Positions 43,023 through 53,048 of a DNA stretch of 64,000 nucleotides are shown in pieces. The DNA is from an uncultured Pseudomonadota bacterium (GTDB taxonomy: Bacteria; Oederibacteriota; Muellerivitia; Muellerivitales; Muellerivitaceae), in assembly GCA_963770835.1 (NCBI GenBank), contig CAVYRH010000003.1, positions 320,001 to 384,000 on the forward strand, written 5' to 3'. The notes beneath the pieces were generated by a model. It worked only from the letters and a program-made list of their open reading frames with translations. It searched no databases and was not told the origin of the DNA. Made by a program: the position numbers and the translations under genes. Position 1 is the stretch's first letter. Every line of letters starts with the position of its first letter.

Positions 43023-43478
43023 ATGAGAAACGGCAAGTCGGCGGTGCTGCTGGTTTTGATTTTTTCGGCTTTCTCTGGATTCCGCTTGTCTTGGGCCGAG
43101 CCGGGCATGGAAGCCAAACCCAAACCCACTGAAACCCAGGCCGTCCACCTGACTTGGCGCCAAATCATGGACAAACTCCAGCTCACTAGTGAACAGCGCC
43201 AAGCCGTATTAAAGAACCGGCACGCCTACCGCCGGGAAATGGCGGTGATTGAGGGAAAAATTAAAGTGAAACAAGTGGAGTTGGAAAATGAACTGGAAAA
43301 ACCGGAACCCGATCAAACGAAGCTGGATTTGATCACACAGGAAATCGGCGTTCTTTATGGCCAGCGTTTGAGTGAAAAGGTGAAGGCTAAGCTGGAACTG
43401 GAGAAAAAAATCCTGGAACCCCAACAAGTCGACCTTTTGAAAACCTTGGAAGGCCCTCAAACGGGCGACGAACTTTAA
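43023..43478 (+). CDS. Spy/CpxP-family periplasmic protein
   Basis: Signal peptide; LQLTSEQ and ILEPQQ (LTxxQ-like) motifs. Confidence 0.8.
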   Translation: MRNGKSAVLLVLIFSAFSGFRLSWAEPGMEAKPKPTETQAVHLTWRQIMDKLQLTSEQRQAVLKNRHAYRREMAVIEGKIKVKQVELENELEKPEPDQTKLDLITQEIGVLYGQRLSEKVKAKLELEKKILEPQQVDLLKTLEGPQTGDEL

Positions 43479-43620
43479 TTCTTTTCCTGCTTTCTGGCCC
43501 TTTCTTGCTTTTCCCCCCGCCAAAGCCAGTAAAATCGGTCAAAAATATTGCTAACAAAAAATTTTGGCACTTGATTTAACTTTGACAAGCTTTTGAAAAC
43601 GGTGCTAAACTTTTTTCACC

Positions 43621-44175
43621 ATGAATTTCCTTGCCGGCCTTGCTTCGCCTTTCCTACTGTTCCTTAAAAAATTAGTCCGTTTGGTGGAGCTTCGCAAATA
43701 CAAGGAAGCCCTCCGCCGAAATCCCCAGGATCAATACCTCCGGGCCCGTTATGCCAAATACTGCCTAAACAGTTATTTCCAGGATTCCAGCTCCAAAATC
43801 CACGTGGTGGAAGCCGTCAACCAGTTTGAAAACATCGAGCATTCGGAAGTTTTGGATTTGGAGGTCTTTTACCTCATGGGGAAGTTCTACCAGGGAAACG
43901 ACAATCAAAAAGCCATTGACGTGTATATGAAGGGAATCCAACGGTACAACGATTATGTGGACAAGAGCATTGAATTCCGCCATGAGCACGTGGAAACGGC
44001 TTTCGCCATAGCGCTTAACCTCTTGGGCCTGGAATCCCACCACGCGGACCCGGAGCTCCAGAAGTTCTTTAAAAATCTCCGGCGGACCTATTTGAAAAAC
44101 TTCCTCGACCACAAGATGGATTTTGACCCGGAAATCCTGGGAAAGGCTTCAGGGATACATCCCACCATCAACTGA
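43621..44175 (+). CDS. Hypothetical helical (TPR-like) protein
   Basis: 184-aa ORF preceded by TTGACA-N18-TAAACT (43582-43611) and followed by a terminator. Confidence 0.6.
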   Translation: MNFLAGLASPFLLFLKKLVRLVELRKYKEALRRNPQDQYLRARYAKYCLNSYFQDSSSKIHVVEAVNQFENIEHSEVLDLEVFYLMGKFYQGNDNQKAIDVYMKGIQRYNDYVDKSIEFRHEHVETAFAIALNLLGLESHHADPELQKFFKNLRRTYLKNFLDHKMDFDPEILGKASGIHPTIN

Positions 44176-44192
44176 GTTAAAACCTACACCTC

Positions 44193-44230
44193 AACAAAAA
44201 AGGCCCTGGATGCCCAGGGCCTTTTTTGTT
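44193..44230. terminator. Bidirectional intrinsic terminator
   Basis: AACAAAAAAGGCCCTGG-ATGC-CCAGGGCCTTTTTTGTT between convergent genes. Confidence 0.92.
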
Positions 44231-44250
44231 TTCAAAGATTTTTACTTCGG

Positions 44251-44850
44251 TTAGACGTTGGTTGAAACCTTTCCGGCCCTCATGTAGAGACCGTTGGCGG
44301 CGAAGAAGCCGATGACGATCACCCCAACGAACCAGTACCATTCGTCGTGGAGAAAGTGCTTCCCAGCGGCCAACATGGCGAAAACCATCGGGACTGAAAG
44401 GTAAACATTGATTTTGGAGAAAAGGGCGGCCCGGCTAACGATTTCGGCGGGAGCAGGGTTTCCTGCCTTGACCCCGTTAATGATTTTGCGCTGGCAAGGC
44501 CAGATGATGAACCAGACGTTGAACCACATGATGGTGCCGAAACCGGCCCCCAGCATGATCCAATGGCCACGGGTGCTGTTGAAGGAAGCCTCGGCGTTGG
44601 GCCCCATGTAATTGATGTAAAGCAGGATCAGGCCCAAAATAAAGGTCAGCATCGCCCCCCACCGGAAAAAGTACAGGGCCCTCGGCATCAGCTCCGGGAC
44701 CACCTTTTTCTTGGAATCCGCATCCAGCGTTTTCGCGAAGGTCGCATTGACGAAATTGAAGAAATAGAGAAGCCCTATCCATAAAATACCGAAAACCACG
44801 TGGAACCATCGGAACAGGATGTTCAGAATTTCCGTCCAAGTTGTGTCCAT
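44251..44850 (-). CDS. PuuD (urate hydroxylase)-like membrane protein without a cytochrome c domain
   Basis: RWFHV..GILWIG..YFFN, FRWGA..T and GTIM.FNVWFIIWP.QR. Confidence 0.7.
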   Translation of the reverse strand: MDTTWTEILNILFRWFHVVFGILWIGLLYFFNFVNATFAKTLDADSKKKVVPELMPRALYFFRWGAMLTFILGLILLYINYMGPNAEASFNSTRGHWIMLGAGFGTIMWFNVWFIIWPCQRKIINGVKAGNPAPAEIVSRAALFSKINVYLSVPMVFAMLAAGKHFLHDEWYWFVGVIVIGFFAANGLYMRAGKVSTNV

Positions 44851-45113
44851 ATCGCCTCCATTGGCCAAATTTTTTCAAGCAACCGGCTTACGGTATTCAG
44901 GCCCGCGACAAATGTCAAGAGAAGGCCCGGATTTGGTCGACAGCGGGCGTAAGAGCTGGTCTCCGGTCGGGTGGGCGGGGGGCCGCCCGCTGGTTTTAAA
45001 AAACGGGAGTAAATCGAAGCTCATTTTAGTTTTGATTCCAATGGCCTTTTTGTGCATTATGAGCGCGGGACAAAGTTACTGTTTTTTGCCCAGGGGAACG
45101 GCGGCGGAAATCC

Positions 45114-45956
45114 ATGAATGAATGCGAACAATTACACCCACTGTTGCGGGGTTACCTGGACGACCGGCTGACGGCCCGAGAACGGCGCATGGTGGCCCGG
45201 CATTTAAACCTCTGCGCTTCGGCTCGGAAGGAATTGGACCAGCTTCGCAGCGGAGGCCCCAAGCCGCCAGTGGTTTCAGCCAATCCGCCTTCCGAATCCT
45301 GGGACCTCAAGATCCTCCGTTGGCTTTTTAAAACCCCCAAGTCGTCTGCCTCCAAAGAAGCGGAAGCGGCCTCCAAGAAATCGAAGCAGGCCAAACCACC
45401 CGTCGCGCGGACGCCGGAATCCCCAAAATCTTTTCCCTTTAAGGCCATCCTTGGCATTTGCCTGTTGTTTGTGGCATTGGCTTTTTTAACGCACTTTATC
45501 CAGAACGCCGGGGAAAACTCCCTGGTCAAGGGCGTTAAAAGATGGCTTTCAAAAAACCACGTTTTGGGAGTCACGCCATCCCTAGACCTGGTCCTGGACC
45601 TTACCAACTTGCCGCATTGGAGCGGTAGTGCCGCCCCGGTGGCTTTCCCCTGCCAGGAACTGGTGACGGACCCGGAGAGGTTCAGGGTTTATTGGGCTAT
45701 TTTGCAGCCCGGCGTGGAGCCGCCCCCATTGGATTTCACCAAAAACAACCTGGCGGTGGTTTTTTTGGGCCCGAGATCGGGAGGGGGAAACTCGGCGAAT
45801 TTCAAACGGATGGAAAACTACGCGGATAAGACGATCCTTTGGTACGACGAAGCCATGGGAATCCAAGCCACCCCCACGGCCTTCGCCAATCCCTGGGTGC
45901 TTCAAGTGGTGCCCAAGCCGACCCAACAGTCGGTGTTGATCCAGAAAATACAATAG
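45114..45956 (+). CDS. zf-HC2-like anti-sigma domain, TM and PrcB C-terminal-like domain
   Basis: C...L..YLD..L......V..HL..C; TM segment; P.LDF......VFLG.R..GG...NPW...VP. Confidence 0.6.
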   Translation: MNECEQLHPLLRGYLDDRLTARERRMVARHLNLCASARKELDQLRSGGPKPPVVSANPPSESWDLKILRWLFKTPKSSASKEAEAASKKSKQAKPPVARTPESPKSFPFKAILGICLLFVALAFLTHFIQNAGENSLVKGVKRWLSKNHVLGVTPSLDLVLDLTNLPHWSGSAAPVAFPCQELVTDPERFRVYWAILQPGVEPPPLDFTKNNLAVVFLGPRSGGGNSANFKRMENYADKTILWYDEAMGIQATPTAFANPWVLQVVPKPTQQSVLIQKIQ

Positions 45957-46004
45957 CCGCAGCCTTTCGCCGTTGGCCGTCAACCCCATCCAAAGGAGCC
46001 GTCA

Positions 46005-47099
46005 TTGAAGATTGGCATCGTCGGTTTGCCCAATGTGGGAAAGTCCACCCTCTTTAACGCCATCACTAAATCCAAGGCGCCCGCGGAAAACTACCCTTTT
46101 TGCACCATCGACCCCAACGTGGGAGTGGTCACCGTGCCGGACGACCGAATCGACCGCTTGGCGGAAATGGAAAAAAGCGAAAAGCGGGTCCCGGCCATCG
46201 TGGAATTCGTGGATATCGCCGGTTTGGTGAAGGGTGCCAGCAAGGGAGAAGGCTTGGGCAACAAGTTCCTTTCCCACATCCGCGAGGTGGACGCCATCGC
46301 CATGGTGGTGCGGTGCTTTGAGAACACCAACATCGTCCATGTAGAGGGTTCCATCAACTCTATCCGGGACATCGAGATCATCCTGACCGAGCTCTGCCTG
46401 GCCGACCTGGACACGGTGGACAAGCGGCTACAGAGGACCGAAAAGGCCAAAAAAGCAGGCGATAAGGAAGCCGTTGTGGAATGGGATTTATTCACCTCGG
46501 TCAAGAAGGTATTGGAAGAAGGAAAGCCCGCCGTCTCGGTTCCGGCCACACCCGAGCAGGAAAAGAAATTAAAGGAGTTAAGCCTCCTGACCCGCAAGCC
46601 GTTTCTTTTCGTCGGGAACGTATCCGAAAACGACCTGGCCGACGTTTCTCCAAACAAGTATTACCAGGACCTCCAGAAATACGCCGCCGCCCATCACGCC
46701 CCCTGCCTCCCCATTTCGGCCAAGATTGAGTCCGAGGTGGCCGAGCTGCCAGAGGAGGACGCCAAGCAGTTCCTCTCCGACCTGGGCATCAAGGAAAGGG
46801 GCCTGCACGCCATCATCCGCAAGTCCTATGAGACCCTGGGGCTGATTTCCTTCTTTACGGCGGGGCCCATGGAATCCAAGGCCTGGACCATTACCAAGGG
46901 CACCCTGGCGCCCCAGGCGGCGGGGAAGATCCATTCGGATATCGAGCGGGGCTTCATCAAGGCCGAGGTTTATTCCTACGACGACCTCATCGCGGCGGGC
47001 TCCACCATGAAGGCCAAGGAAGCCGGTAAGCTTCGCACCGAGGGCAAGGAATATGTCATGCGGGACGGCGACGTGGTGCATTTCCGTTTCAACGTTTAA
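46005..47099 (+). CDS. ychF: Redox-regulated ATPase YchF
   Basis: GIVGLPNVGKST, NYPFCTIDPN, DIAGLV, AAGKIHSD and EGKEY. Confidence 0.97.
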   Translation: MKIGIVGLPNVGKSTLFNAITKSKAPAENYPFCTIDPNVGVVTVPDDRIDRLAEMEKSEKRVPAIVEFVDIAGLVKGASKGEGLGNKFLSHIREVDAIAMVVRCFENTNIVHVEGSINSIRDIEIILTELCLADLDTVDKRLQRTEKAKKAGDKEAVVEWDLFTSVKKVLEEGKPAVSVPATPEQEKKLKELSLLTRKPFLFVGNVSENDLADVSPNKYYQDLQKYAAAHHAPCLPISAKIESEVAELPEEDAKQFLSDLGIKERGLHAIIRKSYETLGLISFFTAGPMESKAWTITKGTLAPQAAGKIHSDIERGFIKAEVYSYDDLIAAGSTMKAKEAGKLRTEGKEYVMRDGDVVHFRFNV

Positions 47100-47151
47100 G
47101 AAGGTTTCTCCAACCTCCATCCGCTTCTCATCAACTTCATGAATTTTGGGT

Positions 47152-48585
47152 TCAGCGCACCAAAAGAACCCGTCTTATTTTGGTGTCAAAGGGTTCGGTC
47201 AAATAGAAGAGGTAAACCCCGCTGGCGCAGGGATCCCCGTGTTTGTTCTTCCCATCCCAAGTGTAGGAAAAGGTAACGGGACCCTTTAAATACTGGTCAT
47301 CGAGGGTCCGGATGTGCTCCCCCGCGCTGTTAAAAATTATCAGCGAGTAATTCCCCGGGAAATCGCAATATTCCACCTGGATGGAAACGGGGTTTTGGCT
47401 GGGCCTGACGATGTTTTGGGAGACCGAGAAAATGTCGCATTGGGGGAAGGGGGTCGGGGTGTTGGTTGAAGTTGCTGTTGGGAAGGAGGTGGCGCTGGAT
47501 GTGGGCGACGGAGTGAAGGTGGGGGTACGGCTGGGTGTGGAAGTGGGAGTGGCGGTGGGGGTTAAAGTGGCCGTGGAAGTTGGGGTGGGGGTGGGCAGGA
47601 CGGGTGAAACCCAAACGTCGTTCAGGCGGTTCCCTGCAAAATTTCCACCGGCTACGGTCCAGATTTGGTTGTTGTACGCCACGGAGGTGAATTGGTCCCG
47701 GGCGCTGAAATTGGCCCCGGCGGTTACCTGGGACCAGTTGGTCCCATTGCTGGAAGTCCAAACATCGTTGTAATCCGTTCCCCCCTGGTTGCCCCCGAAG
47801 AGGTAGATTTGGCCGCCGTAGACAACCGCGGCGGAGCCGGTCCTAGCGGCGAAACCGGCATTGGCGGTGGCCTCGGTCCAATTAACTCCATCGGTGGAGT
47901 ACCAGGCGTCATTGTAGTCGAAAGAACCCAGGTAAGCCCCGCCTGCCATCACCCACATCTCATTGTTGAAAACCACCAGATCCGGCTCTTCCCGGGGGCT
48001 CCAGCCCGCGGACGCCGTTGCCTCGGTCCAGTTGATCCCGTCGGTGGAATACCAAACGTCGTTTAAGTAGGTGCTGCCGCTGTACCCCCCCATCAACCAC
48101 ATTTCGTTGTTGTAAACCACAACCCGGTGGTTCCAGCGCGGTGGGAAGGCGGCATTGGCGGTAGCCTCGGTCCAGTTGATCCCATCCGAGGAATACCAGA
48201 CGTCATTCAACGCGCCGCCAGGGCTTGATCCACCGATAAGCCACATCTTGTTGTTATAAACCACCACTTGGGAATTGGCCCTGGGGCTGAAAGCCGCGTT
48301 GGCCGTGGCCTCGGTCCAGTTGGCGCCGTTGGTGGAGTACCATACGTCGTTCAAGTCACCGGTACTGGCTTGGCCGCCGATGACCCACATTTCGTTGTTG
48401 AAAACCACCATGGCGGCGTTATTCCGGGGGGCAAAAGGCGCATTGGCCGTGACTTCGAACCAATTGACACCAGCACCGGGAATTGCGGTGGGGGTCGCCA
48501 CCTGGGCTGAAGTCACAGAGGATATCGCCCAAACGGCACAAAAAGAAAATATAAGTTTTAAATACCGGTTCAAAGGACTATCCAA
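47152..48585 (-). CDS. Secreted Kelch-like six-bladed beta-propeller, PT linker and FlgD/T9SS-like C-terminal domain
   Basis: Six repeats of about 49 aa (WTEATANA.F.PR...VVYNN.MW..GG...LNDVWYS.DG); C-terminal IFNSAGEHIRTL..WDGKN..G...ASGVY. Confidence 0.8.
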   Translation of the reverse strand: MDSPLNRYLKLIFSFCAVWAISSVTSAQVATPTAIPGAGVNWFEVTANAPFAPRNNAAMVVFNNEMWVIGGQASTGDLNDVWYSTNGANWTEATANAAFSPRANSQVVVYNNKMWLIGGSSPGGALNDVWYSSDGINWTEATANAAFPPRWNHRVVVYNNEMWLMGGYSGSTYLNDVWYSTDGINWTEATASAGWSPREEPDLVVFNNEMWVMAGGAYLGSFDYNDAWYSTDGVNWTEATANAGFAARTGSAAVVYGGQIYLFGGNQGGTDYNDVWTSSNGTNWSQVTAGANFSARDQFTSVAYNNQIWTVAGGNFAGNRLNDVWVSPVLPTPTPTSTATLTPTATPTSTPSRTPTFTPSPTSSATSFPTATSTNTPTPFPQCDIFSVSQNIVRPSQNPVSIQVEYCDFPGNYSLIIFNSAGEHIRTLDDQYLKGPVTFSYTWDGKNKHGDPCASGVYLFYLTEPFDTKIRRVLLVR

Positions 48586-48731
48586 TCACTAGAACTAGGA
48601 AAAATATACTCCAAACATCTTCTTTTTTCCCTCGTGTCAAAATTAAAACTTTCTTGTTTTTTGGCGTCCGGAAAGGTTTAATCGCCCGAAGTTGGGTTTC
48701 GAAATTTCTCCCGGTGAACAAAGGATAACCC

Positions 48732-49241
48732 ATGAAAACAAAACATTTGGTCCTGGCCGCCTTTCTCGTTTGTCCCCTTGGGTTAGGCCCAGTTTGGGCG
48801 GAAAACGACGGTCTGGCCGTCACCCAAACGGTGCCGACGGGGGAAAGGGTTGCTAATTATCTTCAAAACTACTTGGGGACGATTTACACGGTTGTGGAGG
48901 CCAAGAATTCGGGGGGGATCTTCGAGGGACCGCAAACTTATCGTGTGGTGGTGAGCTATGACCTGGACCAAAAAAATCTTGATGTAACCCTGATTGGATC
49001 GCAGCAGGATCTTAAAGTCATTGAGAACACGATGGATGTGATGCGGAAAATCGCCTTGAAGCTCAATCCCAAGCTCCAAAAGAACTTCGGCGTGACCCTG
49101 CTGGACGGGGACTTCTCGATGGATTACCTTTACGCCAAGACCGGGCAGATCTTGGACCGCTACCGGGACGGGAAGTATTTAGGGCCAGCGCCGGGCCAGG
49201 CCGAAAGCACTCCCACCCCCGACCTTTCGTCGAACCCCTAA
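48732..49241 (+). CDS. Hypothetical exported protein
   Basis: AAGGA RBS, signal peptide and 169-aa ORF. Confidence 0.65.
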   Translation: MKTKHLVLAAFLVCPLGLGPVWAENDGLAVTQTVPTGERVANYLQNYLGTIYTVVEAKNSGGIFEGPQTYRVVVSYDLDQKNLDVTLIGSQQDLKVIENTMDVMRKIALKLNPKLQKNFGVTLLDGDFSMDYLYAKTGQILDRYRDGKYLGPAPGQAESTPTPDLSSNP

Positions 49242-49361
49242 ATAAATAGCCCCATTCCGTCCATTCTTCAGTTTCGCCCCTCCCGCTCTTCCAGGGGGAG
49301 AGGTTCGGGATAAAGAATAAGCCGAAAGACGGATTTCCTTCCGGCTTATGTGGAACCGGAA

Positions 49362-49709
49362 TCAGCCGGCGTGAACGGCCGTTTTCTTTCCGGCGATCGG
49401 GAATCCAGCTTGGGACCATTCCTCGATCCCGCCGGGATAATCCTCGGCCTGGAAACCCCGCGACTTCAGGATGGCCGCGGCCTTGGGGCCCAATACACAG
49501 GTCACCCCCGAGCAATGGGTGATAATCATCTTGCTCCCCCCCAGCTTCCGGTCCACCTCGGCGGCGAATTCGTCGTCGCTCTTTCCCTTGAGGGAAATAT
49601 TGATGGAATCTTTGATGTGAAGGTCCTCGAAGGCCGCTTCTTCCAGGACATTCACCACCCAGGCTCCCTTTTTCATCTGTTCAAAAACCATTTCCTTGGT
49701 GAGTGACAT
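49362..49709 (-). CDS. Rhodanese-like domain protein
   Basis: VVNVL....F...HIKDSINI, HCSGVTC and YPGGIEEW; AGGAGG RBS. Confidence 0.88.
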   Translation of the reverse strand: MSLTKEMVFEQMKKGAWVVNVLEEAAFEDLHIKDSINISLKGKSDDEFAAEVDRKLGGSKMIITHCSGVTCVLGPKAAAILKSRGFQAEDYPGGIEEWSQAGFPIAGKKTAVHAG

Positions 49710-49892
49710 AGCGTCCTCCTTTCACCAGTGGTGATGATTCCAGTTAAGGCCTTTTGAATCGGGTCTTTCAAGTGGGGCGATGTGGATTTAAGCTTTGTTT
49801 TCGACGGTGGAAAAGTAATGGTTTTACCACGGATGAAGTTTTATCGTTGTTGCTTCAATTATGGGTTGTCGGCGGGGGTTGAATCGATTTTT

Positions 49893-49920
49893 TAAACTTT
49901 AAAGGGGCGCCCCGCGTCTA
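49893..49920 (+). promoter_or_regulatory. Candidate ECF-type promoter for the DUF1800-DUF1501 operon
   Basis: TAAACT-N16-CGTCTA. Confidence 0.4.
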
Positions 49921-49956
49921 ACCCTTAGTTATCCATATTCATCAGGAACAGGCCGG

Positions 49957-51639
49957 ATGAAAAAGTTTATTCTCATCCTTCTCGCGGGATTTGCCTTGGG
50001 GCCGGGTTTGGCCCGGTCGGCTTCGGCTATTCCCCTCACCTACAACCAGAAATGTCTCCAACTTTTAAACCGCCTTACCTTCGGGCCCAAACCGGGCGAC
50101 TTGGATCGGGTCAAGAAGATGGGCCTCAAAGCTTTCATCGAGGAACAACTCAATCCCGACGGTATTGATGACAGCCTGTGTGAGAAGGAGCTGGAGGCTT
50201 ATCCGGACATCCAACTGTCCGGCTACGAACTGTTCAAGGCCTATCCGCCGCCGCAGTTCGTCTTTAAGAAGGCCAAGCTTGACGGGATCGACCCGGACAA
50301 AATCAAAGCCATCAACGAGAAGCCCCGGAAGATATTAGAAGACCTTTCCGCCGCCAAACTCACCCGCATCGTGGACGGCAAACGTCAACTGGAAGAGGTA
50401 TTGGACGACTTCTGGTTCAACCACTTCAATGTGAGCTTCCAAAAGAACCAGGTGAAGTGGACCCTGCCTTCCTACGAGAAGGATGTCATCCGGCCGCATG
50501 TCCTCGGCAAGTTTCGGGACCTGGTGGGCGCGGTGGCCCACAGCCCGGCCATGATGGAATACCTGGACAATGCCACCAGCACGGTGGACCCCCGATATGT
50601 GCCGGAAGACGAGATGGCGGCCTATCCCCAAATGATGGCCATGATGGATAACCGGGCTGGGAAACCCAAACAAAGCGCGGGGCTCAACGAGAATTACGCG
50701 CGGGAACTGATGGAGCTCCACACTCTGGGGGTGGACGGCGGCTATACCCAGCAGGATGTCATCCAGGTAGCCAGGGCCCTCACGGGCTGGAGCTTCCAAG
50801 GGCCTTATTTTCTTTTAAATCCAAAACATCCGGATATCGACCCCGCGACCATCTATGAATTCCAATTCCACCCCAAGATGCACGATCGGGGTGAGAAGGT
50901 CATCCTGGGCCAGAAGTTCGGCCCCGAACTGGGAGACAAGAGCGCGCAGCAGGAAGGGGAACAAGTTTTAGACCTGCTCTGCCGCCAACCCGCCACGGCC
51001 CATTTCATCGCATTTAAGCTCTGCCGCCGCTTCGTTTCGGATAATCCACCGGAGGGATTGGTAAAGAAGGTCGCGGATACCTACATGCAGACCGATGGGG
51101 ATATTCGGGAAATGCTGCGGGCCCTCTTCACTGCGCCGGAGTTCTACAGCCCCAAGGTTTACCGCTCCAAGGTGAAGACACCCCTGGAATTCCTGGCCAG
51201 CGCCCTTCGGGCCACCAACGCCAAGCTGGACGACCCGGTCAAGCTTTCCCAATACCTCGCGGGAATGGGCGAACCCCTGTACCAGTGCGAACCGCCCACG
51301 GGATATCCGGACGACGCTAAATCCTGGATTTCCTCCGGGGAACTGCTCAACCGGATGAACTACGGCTTGGGGCTCTTAAGCAACAACCATTCCCAGGCCA
51401 CGGTGGATTTGGCCCAGGTGGTTCCCGCCGTGCAATCGGACGACGAGCGGAAGATCCTCAGCGGCTTCTTCAAGGCCTTCCTGCAAAACCAGGTATCGGC
51501 TTCCACCAAGCGGGTTTTGATGAAGACACTCCAAGACCCCGAAATCACCCACGCGGCTTTGGATGATAAGAACAAGGAAATCCAGGTGGCCAAGCTGGGA
51601 GCTCTGGTGTTGGGCTCACCGGATTTTCAACGGAGATAA
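49957..51639 (+). CDS. DUF1800 family protein
   Basis: LNRLTFGP, FWFNHFNV, PAMMEYLDN, NENYARELMELHTLG, KVKTPLE and SPDFQRR. Confidence 0.92.
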   Translation: MKKFILILLAGFALGPGLARSASAIPLTYNQKCLQLLNRLTFGPKPGDLDRVKKMGLKAFIEEQLNPDGIDDSLCEKELEAYPDIQLSGYELFKAYPPPQFVFKKAKLDGIDPDKIKAINEKPRKILEDLSAAKLTRIVDGKRQLEEVLDDFWFNHFNVSFQKNQVKWTLPSYEKDVIRPHVLGKFRDLVGAVAHSPAMMEYLDNATSTVDPRYVPEDEMAAYPQMMAMMDNRAGKPKQSAGLNENYARELMELHTLGVDGGYTQQDVIQVARALTGWSFQGPYFLLNPKHPDIDPATIYEFQFHPKMHDRGEKVILGQKFGPELGDKSAQQEGEQVLDLLCRQPATAHFIAFKLCRRFVSDNPPEGLVKKVADTYMQTDGDIREMLRALFTAPEFYSPKVYRSKVKTPLEFLASALRATNAKLDDPVKLSQYLAGMGEPLYQCEPPTGYPDDAKSWISSGELLNRMNYGLGLLSNNHSQATVDLAQVVPAVQSDDERKILSGFFKAFLQNQVSASTKRVLMKTLQDPEITHAALDDKNKEIQVAKLGALVLGSPDFQRR

Positions 51640-51652
51640 CAACAAGGAAGAT

Positions 51653-51743
51653 CACCCTCACCCCGTCCCTCTCCCGTCAAGGGAGAGGGTGGGAAACCAG
51701 CCAAAACCCTCGCCCCTTGCGGGAGAGGGTCGGGTGAGGGGTG
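51653..51743. repeat. REP-like palindrome pair (CACCCTCACCCCGxCCTCTCCC..GGGAGAGGG family)
   Basis: Two inverted units. Related copies at 57910-58004 and 62155-62244. Confidence 0.85.
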
Positions 51744-51775
51744 AATGATAATTCTTGAAGTTAGGAGGAAATATC

Positions 51776-53017
51776 ATGGGCAAAGATTCGATCAAGTTAT
51801 CGAGGCGGGACTTCCTCAAGGTGAGCGGCACGGTGGCCGCCGGGCTGGCCTTTCACACTCTGCCCCGATGGGCCTGGGCCGTCGCCTCCGCCGCCCCTTA
51901 TTCCAACGGCAAGGTCCTAATCGTCCTCTTTCAACGGGGGGCCGCGGACGGGCTGAATATCGTGGTTCCGTACAATGACCCCAATTACCAGAAAAGCCGC
52001 CCCACCATCGGCCTGGGCGAACCCGGCCAGGATAAGGGTGTTTTGGACCTGGATGGCCGTTTTGGGCTCCATCCCGCCCTGGAGCCGCTATTACCCCTCT
52101 GGAAATCCGGGAATTACGCTGTCGTCCAGGCGGCGGGCAGCCCCGAAGGCACCCGCTCCCACTTCGACGCCCAGGACAACATGGAAACGGGTACTCCGGG
52201 GGTCAAAACGACGCCCGACGGCTGGCTTAACCGGTCCCTCTTGGCCTTCTCCCAGCGTCCCAAGTCCTCCCTGGCGGCGGTGGCGGTCACCCCCCGCCTG
52301 CCCCGCATTTTGAGGGGGGATTTCCCCGTGACCACCTTCAACAACATGCAGTCCTACCGGTTTTTCGGGGGCGCGGGTGAGGAAGCCACCTTCGACCAGA
52401 TGTACGAACAAAGCGTCGACCAACTTCTTTCGGGCGCGGGCAAGGAAACCCGCGAATCGGTGGACGCCCTTCAAAAGATCCTGGCGGATGGCCCTCAAAA
52501 AGCCGAGGACGCCGGCTACCCCAAGAGCAAGGAAAGCCAGAGCTTTTTCCAGCTGGCCCGCATTATCAAAGCCAAGGCGGGGTTGAGGGTGGGTTTCGTG
52601 GATATCGGGGGCTGGGATGACCACGTGCAGGAGGAAAACCGCCTTCAGCGGGGCTTAACCGACCTGGGAGGGGCCATCGCGGCCTTTTACAAGGACCTGG
52701 GGGACCAGGCGGGGGACGTACTGCTGGTTTCCATGACCGAATTTGGCCGCACCCTCCAGGAAAACGGCAACCGGGGCACGGATCACGGCCATGCCAGCGT
52801 CATGATGCTTTTCGGTGGGGGAGTGAAGGGCGGGAAGGTTTATGGCCGTTGGCCCGGGCTGGAACCGGAGAACCTTTTTGAAGGCCGGGACTTACAAGTG
52901 ACCACCGACTTCCGCCAAGTCCTCACCGAGGCGCTTACCAACCACCTGGGGATTTTGGATGTGAGTGGTATTTTCCCAGGCTTCCAACCTGGCACGCCGG
53001 TAGGGTTCTTGGCTTGA
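51776..53017 (+). CDS. DUF1501 family protein with Tat signal
   Basis: SRRDFLK, FQRGAADGLN, RSHFDAQ, GGWDDH and TEFGR...N...GTDHG. Confidence 0.92.
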   Translation: MGKDSIKLSRRDFLKVSGTVAAGLAFHTLPRWAWAVASAAPYSNGKVLIVLFQRGAADGLNIVVPYNDPNYQKSRPTIGLGEPGQDKGVLDLDGRFGLHPALEPLLPLWKSGNYAVVQAAGSPEGTRSHFDAQDNMETGTPGVKTTPDGWLNRSLLAFSQRPKSSLAAVAVTPRLPRILRGDFPVTTFNNMQSYRFFGGAGEEATFDQMYEQSVDQLLSGAGKETRESVDALQKILADGPQKAEDAGYPKSKESQSFFQLARIIKAKAGLRVGFVDIGGWDDHVQEENRLQRGLTDLGGAIAAFYKDLGDQAGDVLLVSMTEFGRTLQENGNRGTDHGHASVMMLFGGGVKGGKVYGRWPGLEPENLFEGRDLQVTTDFRQVLTEALTNHLGILDVSGIFPGFQPGTPVGFLA

Positions 53018-53048
53018 CAATGTGACTAACAGTGGTCATCATGTAGTC

